A DNA stretch of 63,463 bases from Sporobacter termitidis (lineage in GTDB: Bacteria; Bacillota; Clostridia; Oscillospirales; Oscillospiraceae). Every line of letters begins with the position of its first letter. Position 1 is the stretch's first letter. The stretch is taken from the NCBI GenBank assembly GCA_029267955.1, contig JAJUHI010000001.1, forward strand, positions 1 to 63,463. Reading direction: 5' to 3'. Both the position numbers and the translations under genes were made by a program. Shown here piece after piece: positions 56,710-63,463 of this stretch. The notes under the pieces were generated by a model. It did not search any database, was not told the origin of the DNA, and was given only the letters and a program-made list of their open reading frames with translations.

Positions 56710-57150
56710 TTGAATGCCAGAGAATTATTTGCCAGAATGATCCGTTGTGAAGCGGAAGGCGAGGGTGATGCGGGTATGAGAGCCGTGGCAACCGTCATCA
56801 TGAACCGCGTCCATGTCCCAAACGGAGAATACCTGAGAACGTGTCAGGGCGACCTGCAGCGCGTGCTGTCGCAGTTTTGCCAGTTCACCTGCTATAAAAC
56901 CACAGTCTACGGCCAGCCGAATCCGCAGAACGTCTGGTCCATGACGCCGCGGCAGGAGGATTACGATATTGCCGACTGGGCGTTGGGCGGCGGCATCTAC
57001 ACGGGTGTCGGGAATCTGGCGCTATGGTATATGAACCCGTTTGTCCCCACCTGTCCGGACCCGTTCCCGTATAACGGCACCGGCTATTGGTTCACACGGG
57101 TGCATCAGCATTGCTTCTACAATCCCACGGCATTATATGCGCGCACATAA
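56710..57150 (+). CDS. cwlJ: Spore cortex cell-wall hydrolase, CwlJ-like (Hydrolase_2)
   Basis: ARMIRCEAEGEG..GM..V..VIMNR, QF, LWY.NP..CP, HCFY.PT; TTG start after GAGGTG. Confidence 0.8.
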   Translation: MNARELFARMIRCEAEGEGDAGMRAVATVIMNRVHVPNGEYLRTCQGDLQRVLSQFCQFTCYKTTVYGQPNPQNVWSMTPRQEDYDIADWALGGGIYTGVGNLALWYMNPFVPTCPDPFPYNGTGYWFTRVHQHCFYNPTALYART

Positions 57151-57171
57151 ATTTAAAAAGGTGGTTCCGAA

Positions 57172-57831
57172 ATGAACAAAAACAATCTCAACTGGACGGA
57201 TAACAGAGTCCTGGGCGCCAGCGCCGCGCCAAAATCCCAGGAGGCGCCTGCATCGCGCCAGCAGACCGGCGTCTCCCCGGCGACATATCAGAACACGACA
57301 AGTACCGGCGTCTCCCCGGCGACATATCAGAACACGACAGGTACCGGCGTTTCTCCAGCTACATATCAGAACATGGCCAGTACCGGCGTCTCCCCGGCGA
57401 CATATCAAAACATGAACAATACCGGCGTCTCCCCCGCCACTTACCAAAAGGATTCTGCCCAGCAACCCACGACCTGGCAGGATACGGGTGCCATGCCCTT
57501 TACCGGCGTGTCGCCCGCGCAGGAATCGTATGAGCCCATGCTGGGCAACGACACGCAGGGCTCGGTCACAAGAAACGGCGCCTATGCCCCCATGCCCATC
57601 ACCGGCGAGCCTGGTCCGCCGTCGGTCATGGACCCCGGCTATATCCCCGCTTACCTGAGATCCCAGATCGGCAAGCGCGTGCGCGCCGAATTTGTCTTTA
57701 CAAACCTCTATCTTGATAAAACGGGCATCCTCCGCGAAGTCGGCTTCAATTACTTTGTGCTGCAGGACCTTGCCACCAACGCCATGATCATGTGCGATCT
57801 CTACTCGGCCAGGTTTATCACATCCATTTAA
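57172..57831 (+). CDS. GerQ-like spore coat protein with N-terminal tandem repeats
   Basis: C-terminal YLRSQIGKRV..EF...GIL.EVG.NY..L...CDLYS..F domain; directly downstream of cwlJ-like gene. Confidence 0.65.
   Translation: MNKNNLNWTDNRVLGASAAPKSQEAPASRQQTGVSPATYQNTTSTGVSPATYQNTTGTGVSPATYQNMASTGVSPATYQNMNNTGVSPATYQKDSAQQPTTWQDTGAMPFTGVSPAQESYEPMLGNDTQGSVTRNGAYAPMPITGEPGPPSVMDPGYIPAYLRSQIGKRVRAEFVFTNLYLDKTGILREVGFNYFVLQDLATNAMIMCDLYSARFITSI
57265..57447 (+). repeat. 39-nt coding tandem repeat (13 aa, TGVSPATYQNxxx) x5
   Basis: ACCGGCGT.TC.CC.GC.AC.TA.CA starts at 57265, 57304, 57343, 57382, 57421. Confidence 0.92.
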
Positions 57832-57928
57832 ATCAACACAGTACCCGACGTCACACCATGCGCCGGCATCCCCAACCGCAGACATTTCGCCGCGGTCTGG
57901 GGATGCGGCATTTTTTAGATGTAAAATA

Positions 57929-57981
57929 TTGACAATTGACTGCGGGTGTATTATTGTAGGGTTGGTAATTATTTCCAACCC
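57929..57981 (+). promoter_or_regulatory. sigmaA promoter with downstream operator-like palindrome
   Basis: TTGACA-N17-TATTGT then GGGTTGG-N9-CCAACCC (57959-57981). Confidence 0.55.
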
Positions 57982-58072
57982 GGAAAGGGATGATATAGGA
58001 CGTTCTGCATTTTGCTGGCATCCAGCCCCAGGAAAGCGCACCGGTTTGATTATTTTGACAGGGAGGGACATC

Positions 58073-59436
58073 ATGTCGGAACCTAACATGAAAACCATGA
58101 GCCTGCGCAGGGATAAAGTCGGCATTGCCTTCGGCAGCTTCGGCTACAATCTGGGTTCGGCCGTTTTGATGACGTATCTCATGTACTTCCTCACGGACAA
58201 CATGCTGATTTCAGCCGCGAGCGTATCGGTTATTCTGTTTGTGTCGCGCATTATTGACGCCTTCACCGATCTTTGGATGGGGTCCATGATGGACCGGACA
58301 AAGAGCAAAATGGGCAAAGCCCGCCCGTGGCTTCTGTGGATGGCCGCCCCGGCGGTTATCTCCATGGCGCTGCTGTTCGTTGTGCCGCCCCTTAACGAGA
58401 CTGGCAGAACCATCTATGCTTTTATTACATACAACCTGGTGGCCTTCTTCTATCTCACGGCGCTGGCGCTCCCCATGAACGCGCTGGTCGCGCTGCTGAC
58501 GTCGGAAACGAAGCACCGGCTCGTCCTAAGCCAGATCTTCGGTTTCTTTTCCACACTGGGCGCCGTTTTCGTCAACTTCTTCTCATCCCCCATCATGCAG
58601 GCGTTCGGCGGCGGCAGCATGGGCTATTTCTACTACTTTACCCTCATGGCCCTCATCGGCGTCGGCCTCATGCTCCTCTGCATGAAGCTCACCAAGGAGC
58701 GGGTGCAGGACGACCCGGAAAAGGCCGGTGAAAAAATGAAATTCCGCACGGGCGCCAAAGTGGTGGTCAGGAACAAATACTGGTGGAATGCTATGGGCAT
58801 TTACCTGATGACGAGCCTTGTCCCCTCCTGCTGGGCCGCCACGGCGTATTACTGCATCTATTGGCTCGACGGCCAGGTGGATACGGGGCATCTGATGGCG
58901 CTGCTCTGGGGCGGCATCACCGCCGGCATTCTGCTGTTCGTCCCTGTCTCCAGAAAGGTCGGGAAGGCCAATTCCGCCGCCATAGGGCTTGCCATACAGG
59001 CAATAGGCTCGGTCCTTTTATGGCTTGCGCCCACCTCCATTCCCATGCTGTGGATATCCACGGTGTTCCGTTCCGTGGGGGTCGGCGGCCTGTCGGGCAA
59101 CATGAACGCCATGATGGCCGATGTGGTTGATTACGGCGAATGGAAAAACGGCGTCCGGTGCGAGGGCTTAACCTACAGCGGCGCCAGCTTCGGGGCTAAA
59201 GTGGGCGCCGGTCTCGGCGGCGCCGTGGTGGCGGCGCTGCTGGCCTGGGGGAGTACATCCCCAACGCGGCAGTCCAGGCGCCTCGGGCGATGACCGCCAT
59301 CAAGCTGGCCTTCGTCGGCGCGCCCTTTATCGGCTCCTGCCTGATTATCATCATGCTGCTGATGTTCCGGGTTGAAAAGCTGATACCGGCAATCAAAGCG
59401 GATTTGGAAGAGCGGCGCAAAAGGGCGTCCGCCTGA
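58073..59436 (+). pseudogene. GPH-family (MelB-like) MFS sugar:cation symporter, frameshifted near the C-terminus
   Basis: RIIDAFTD...G...DRTKSK.GKARPW, ADVVDYGEWKNG.R.EG; one G missing in the G5 run 59247-59251; restored frame gives WGEYIPNAAVQ..last TM..IKADLEERR* at 59436. Confidence 0.8.
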
Positions 59437-59444
59437 CAAGATAA

Positions 59445-59504
59445 AAAAGAGAAAGCTGCCCATATCCTGCGCCTAATTGGTACAGGATATGGGCAGCTTT
59501 TTTG
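59445..59504. terminator. Bidirectional terminator
   Basis: AAAGCTGCCCATATCCTG...CAGGATATGGGCAGCTTT with flanking A/T tracts. Confidence 0.8.
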
Positions 59505-59511
59505 TGCGCTT

Positions 59512-60600
59512 TTACTTGCTGTAATTGATGCGGGACTGCTTGTAGAGCTCTTCGCGGAACGCCGGCGTCATATACTTCATGCCGTTAAAGTTGAAGAAGG
59601 ACGGCTTATCCGGACGGCAGAACTTGTCGGCGTACTCTCTGGCTCTTCTCCTCTGCTCCTCCTCGGAGGTCGTCGCGGGGTCAAAGGGCTCCGGAATGAC
59701 GCCCACAAGAATCTTGTCGCCGTACAGCTCGTAGATCTTGTGCGTGTCGTTCATCGGCTGGCCGCCCCAGGCATCCCAGCCGGCCTTGATCATGTTGGGC
59801 ACCTGCTTGAGGAGCTGGCCGCAGCTGTGCAGCTCGCAGAACTTGCCCTTGGAGTGCAGGAAATCGGTGACCCTTTTCATGTAGGGCACGATCATCTCTT
59901 CCACCACGTCGGGGGAGAAGAAGGTCTCCTTCTGGCTGCCCCAGTCGTCATGGATGTAGAAGCCGTCGATACCCGGGAAGTAGGTGATGAACTTGTCAAA
60001 GATGCGGATGTAGAGCTCCGTCAGCTTGTCGAAGAACTCGTGCACCGCCGGCTGCTGGTCCTCGTCAAAGATGGCCATGATCGCGTTTTCAAAGTCCATG
60101 AAGGAGATCAGCCGCTCATAGAAACCGGTCTGGAACCAGCACTGGTTGAAGGTGTCGCCGGCGAGATAACTCTCGTTCTCCTTGGCGCTGCCTTCCCAAT
60201 CCCACGAGTCGATGTCCGGCCAAACGACCTTTTTCAGCAGCTCGTCGGCATCCTCGGCGAAGGGCTTGCCGGGGCGGACCATGGAGCCGCCCACCTGGGC
60301 CACATACTCCCATTCGATGCCGAACATGTCCTTGCCGCCGCCCTTGTTGGGGTCGAAGGGCGTGGCCTCGAAAACGAAAGCGCGGGCAACGTTGTCGGGC
60401 AGTACGCGGGGGGTAAAGGTCTTTACCTCGACGTTGCCGAGCATCTGCCAGTAGGGCTTGCGCGAAAGCGCCAGTTTGCCGTGCTCCTTTAGCGTGATGG
60501 GCGTCTTGAAGTGCTTAAAGCCATGGGGCATAACGGGCTCCATCGGCGGCATCTCGAAGACAACCTCAAGCTCCTTTGGATCAAACTTTGGAATCGACAT
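59512..60600 (-). CDS. URO-D superfamily corrinoid-dependent methyltransferase-like protein (paralog 2)
   Basis: DMFGIEW, WPDIDSWDW, GFYERL..MDFE.A, HDDWGSQ...FFS, ELHSCG, QPMND. Confidence 0.82.
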   Translation of the reverse strand: MSIPKFDPKELEVVFEMPPMEPVMPHGFKHFKTPITLKEHGKLALSRKPYWQMLGNVEVKTFTPRVLPDNVARAFVFEATPFDPNKGGGKDMFGIEWEYVAQVGGSMVRPGKPFAEDADELLKKVVWPDIDSWDWEGSAKENESYLAGDTFNQCWFQTGFYERLISFMDFENAIMAIFDEDQQPAVHEFFDKLTELYIRIFDKFITYFPGIDGFYIHDDWGSQKETFFSPDVVEEMIVPYMKRVTDFLHSKGKFCELHSCGQLLKQVPNMIKAGWDAWGGQPMNDTHKIYELYGDKILVGVIPEPFDPATTSEEEQRRRAREYADKFCRPDKPSFFNFNGMKYMTPAFREELYKQSRINYSK

Positions 60601-60639
60601 ATCTTATCCTCCATTATCCCGCGCGGACGCGGCGCGTGT

Positions 60640-61716
60640 TTATTTGCTGTAGTTGATGCGTGACTGCTTGTAGAGCTCTTCCCGGAAGGCGGGCGTCAGC
60701 ACGCTGGTGGCGTAGAGGTTGAGCAGCGACGGCTTGTCGGGCCGGCAGAACTTGTCGGCGTATTCGCGGGCCAGTCTTCTCTGCTCTTCCTCGGAGGTCG
60801 TCGCGGGGTCGAAGGGTTCGGGCGCGACGCCGATGAGAAGCTGGTCGCCGTACAGTTCATATTCCTTATGGGTATCGTTCATCAGCTGGGGATGCCAGGA
60901 ATCCCAGCCGGCCTTGATGATGTTGGGCACCTGCTTCATCAGCTGGCCGCAGCTGTGCAGCTCGCAGAACTTGCCTTTGGAGTGCAGGTAGTCGGTGACT
61001 CTTCTCATGTAGGGCACGATCATTTCCTCGGCGATGGCCGGCGAGAAGAAGGTCTCCTTCTGGCTGCCCCAGTCGTCATGGATGCAGAAGCCGTCGATAC
61101 CCGGGAAGTATTCGAGATACTTCTCGAAAATCCGGATATACAGATCCGTCAGCTTGTCAAAGAATTCCTTGACGTCGTCCTGGGAGTCCTCGTCAAAGAT
61201 GGCCATGACCGCGCCCTCAAAGTCCATAAAGGAGATCAGGCGCTCGTACCAGCCGTTTAAGAACCAGCAGATATTAAACACATCGCTCCTGAAATAGTTC
61301 TCGTTGGCCTTGGCGCAGCCTTCCCAGTCCCACTTGTCAATGTCCGGCCAGACAACCTTTTCCTTGATCTCGCTGGCGTCCTCGATAAAAGGCTTGCCCG
61401 GGCGGACCATGGAGCCGCCAACCTGGGGTATGTATTCCCAGTCGATACCGAACATATCGATACCGCCGGTGGGCGGCGTGTGGGTGCCGTCGTAAACGAA
61501 GCCGCGTGCGATATTGTCCGGGTTGCATTTCGGGGAAAACATGGACATCTCCGTGGTGGAGGTGATCTGCCAGATCGGCTGGCGCTTGAACGCCGCGGTA
61601 TAGGCTTCCTTCGGCGTTACCGGATAGTTGTAGACAAGCGTTTCCGGCCCGCCCATAAAGCCGGGGAACCGCGCGACGACCTCAAGCTCCTTGGGGTCGA
61701 ACTTTGGAATTGCCAT
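60640..61716 (-). CDS. URO-D superfamily corrinoid-dependent methyltransferase-like protein (paralog 1)
   Basis: Same motifs (HDDWGSQ, ELHSCG); GGGAGG RBS before ATG 61716; sigmaA-like TTGATT-N17-TATACT at 61815-61843. Confidence 0.82.
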   Translation of the reverse strand: MAIPKFDPKELEVVARFPGFMGGPETLVYNYPVTPKEAYTAAFKRQPIWQITSTTEMSMFSPKCNPDNIARGFVYDGTHTPPTGGIDMFGIDWEYIPQVGGSMVRPGKPFIEDASEIKEKVVWPDIDKWDWEGCAKANENYFRSDVFNICWFLNGWYERLISFMDFEGAVMAIFDEDSQDDVKEFFDKLTDLYIRIFEKYLEYFPGIDGFCIHDDWGSQKETFFSPAIAEEMIVPYMRRVTDYLHSKGKFCELHSCGQLMKQVPNIIKAGWDSWHPQLMNDTHKEYELYGDQLLIGVAPEPFDPATTSEEEQRRLAREYADKFCRPDKPSLLNLYATSVLTPAFREELYKQSRINYSK

Positions 61717-61986
61717 TAATTTCTTCCTCCCTGATTTGTAAAATGCCTGATGCATTATTACACCCGCGCACTCGGCTTCTACGCCTTTTATGCGCATGAT
61801 GACAGTTATAACATAGTATACAGGCTGTCCGTCCAAAAATCAAACCCATTCATGATGAATTATGGTACTATGATACTTAATTTTTTAGGAAAATCTTACG
61901 ATAACGCCCGTATCTCAAATGGCATTTTGCCATAACCATTGCCAAAAAGCACCGGTTGACCCATGGTTTGCCCGCCGATATGCCCG

Positions 61987-62015
61987 GCATAAATGCTTGA
62001 AAAGCAACAATACTA
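61987..62015 (+). promoter_or_regulatory. Putative forespore sigmaG/sigmaF-type promoter
   Basis: GCATA-N17-AATACTA, resembling the sigmaG consensus GNATA...CATACTA. Confidence 0.5.
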
Positions 62016-62057
62016 TGTTTGCATCATACACCAGTCGCAACCGTGAGGAGGCAGACC

Positions 62058-62201
62058 TTGGATAACAATAAAAACAGGCGGCGCGACCGCCACAAATCCA
62101 ATCCCGAGCTGCGGAAAATGAAGCCCCGGGAAAACGCGGACGTCGGCATCATCGACGGGAACAAAACCGGCGTCCACGGCGGCAAGCATGAGAAAAACTA
62201 G
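62058..62201 (+). CDS. Small basic hydrophilic protein (47 aa)
   Basis: GAGGAGG RBS, TTG start, K/R/N-rich. Confidence 0.6.
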   Translation: MDNNKNRRRDRHKSNPELRKMKPRENADVGIIDGNKTGVHGGKHEKN

Positions 62202-62233
62202 CGCCGCCGGGGCGGTGAAATGGAGGTTAGATA

Positions 62234-62443
62234 ATGGAAACGATGCTGCTCAGCGTTGCCAATATGCAAAATAAGGCCAACAAAACGGAAATCAAAAACG
62301 CCCTGCGGAAAATCGAGGGCGTCAGCGAGGTCGGCGTCAACCTGACCAGCGGCACGATTAAAGTGGATTATAATGCTCCCGCAACGGAGATGAAAATCAA
62401 AAACTGCATTGAAAATTCCGGTTTTGAAATCGTCTATGAGTGA
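62234..62443 (+). CDS. HMA/CopZ-fold protein lacking the CxxC motif
   Basis: IKNAL..IEGV..V.VNL..G.I.VDY...I...IE.SGF pattern; GGAGG RBS; NMQNKAN in place of GMxCxxC. Confidence 0.8.
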   Translation: METMLLSVANMQNKANKTEIKNALRKIEGVSEVGVNLTSGTIKVDYNAPATEMKIKNCIENSGFEIVYE

Positions 62444-62467
62444 TTTCGGCTGACCAGATGCCGCTTT

Positions 62468-62493
62468 GTCATTCCCGCGCCGGCGGGAATGAC
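62468..62493. terminator. Palindrome between convergent genes
   Basis: GTCATTCCCGC-gccg-GCGGGAATGAC. Confidence 0.55.
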
Positions 62494-62499
62494 GCGCTT

Positions 62500-63462
62500 T
62501 CAGACCAGCTGCCGGATCTCCTCTTCCCTGCCGAACAGCGCGCAGCCGCCCGAATGCTCGCCCTGCAGGAATCCGCCCAATGCGAGCTTGTGAAACAGCG
62601 GCGAACCCAGCGCGTCCTTCAGCGTCCCGGTTTTCAGGCTGGTGTCGGTAAATGGGGAAAAGGGGCACGGCTCGGCGTCTCCCGTGGGGCTGATGTGGAA
62701 AAAGCCCCGCCCCGCGGCCAGGCACCCGCCCAGCGCCGCCTCGTCTCCTGGGAAGGCGATGAACAGCATGCCGTCAAAGGCTTCCCGCAAGGCGTCCTGC
62801 CGCCGGGCAAGTATTTCCCTGTCCCCGGCGTCGGGCGCCGCGGCCGCGGCTGTCGGGGATACGGGGACATACTCTACATAAAAGACAATCCGGCATCCAC
62901 GAGCGGCCAGCGCGCGGATATAGTCCGGCGAGGTGACCTCTATGAGATTCTCCTTTGTGACGGTGATGGACGCGCCGAACAGTATCCCCTTCTTATAAAG
63001 CGCCTCCATAGCCGCTGTTACCCTGGCGTAAACGCCGTCGCCCCGGCGCCGGTCGGTGCTGGCCGCGTCGCCCTCCAGGCTGAGTATGGGCACAAGATTG
63101 CGGTTCCGGTCGAAGAGCTCTATATAGTCCTCGTCGAACATCGTGCCGTTTGTAAAAACGGGGAATAGGATATCCTCAATCTCCGCCGCCGCCTCTATCA
63201 CACCCCGGCGCATCAGCGGCTCGCCGCCGGCCAGCAGGATAAACGAAATGCCCAGCGCCTGCGCCTCGCGGAAAATGCGCGCCCAGTCCCCGTCATCCAG
63301 CTGGCTCTTGCAGGCCGCGTCACCCACCGTCTTGCCGGCTCTGGCGTAACAGCCGGCGCAGTACAGGTTGCACTGGGACGAAATGCTGGCAATCAGAAAC
63401 GGCGGGATATGGCGCCCCGCCGCCTCCGACTGCTGCCGCTGTTTTGCCGCCTTCCGGGCGGC
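62500..63462 (-). CDS. Radical SAM protein with SPASM/twitch-like domain (5' end outside window)
   Basis: Reading frame is open to the window edge and includes CNLYCAGCY (CxxxCxxC), AGGEPL, FTNGT, GCLAAGR.FFHI..G..EPCPF. Confidence 0.92.
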   Translation of the reverse strand, partial: AARKAAKQRQQSEAAGRHIPPFLIASISSQCNLYCAGCYARAGKTVGDAACKSQLDDGDWARIFREAQALGISFILLAGGEPLMRRGVIEAAAEIEDILFPVFTNGTMFDEDYIELFDRNRNLVPILSLEGDAASTDRRRGDGVYARVTAAMEALYKKGILFGASITVTKENLIEVTSPDYIRALAARGCRIVFYVEYVPVSPTAAAAAPDAGDREILARRQDALREAFDGMLFIAFPGDEAALGGCLAAGRGFFHISPTGDAEPCPFSPFTDTSLKTGTLKDALGSPLFHKLALGGFLQGEHSGGCALFGREEEIRQLV

Positions 63463-63463
63463 C

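Noticed and set aside
57265-57447. Possible CRISPR array (regular 39-nt period)
   Set aside because: In-frame coding repeat varying at synonymous positions, with no spacers.

Overview
GC-rich Clostridia-type chromosomal segment, probably an Oscillospiraceae-like endospore former (inferred from gene content only). About 50 kb (4.8-54.2 kb) is a near-complete flagellar and chemotaxis cluster. A ~31 kb minus-strand block runs fliF-G-H-I-J, motE-like, fliK, flgD-E, flbD, motA-B, fliL-M-Y, EAL/HDOD phosphodiesterase, flgB-C, fliE, fliO-P-Q-R, flhB-A, PilZ brake, fliA, flgF-G, yvyF-like, flgM-N-K-L, DUF6470-like, fliW, csrA. Then come a divergent sigma28/CsrA-controlled flagellin, a GT2-TPR glycosyltransferase, cheC-D-Y-A-W, fliD-S-T-like-yaaR and mcp-cheW-R-B. 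The left flank holds a flavin reductase-rubredoxin, YbaK, and Asp23-DAK2/FakA. The right flank holds an amidase, Crp/Fnr, trxA, ferredoxin, cwlJ-gerQ-like spore genes, a frameshifted GPH/MFS symporter, two tandem URO-D-family methyltransferases, a small peptide plus Cys-less HMA protein, and a truncated radical SAM gene. No rRNA, tRNA, CRISPR array or transposase was seen. The most interesting signals are: a 12-bp inverted repeat bracketing the fliF-operon promoter (candidate invertible flagellar switch); a covarying tandem double-hairpin repeat between flgB and flgC; flgBC-fliE displaced from fliF, with no flhF/flhG; a putative sigmaG-driven peptide/Cys-less HMA unit; and a repeat-containing GerQ-like protein. 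All protein calls come from motif recognition by eye; no database search was run.
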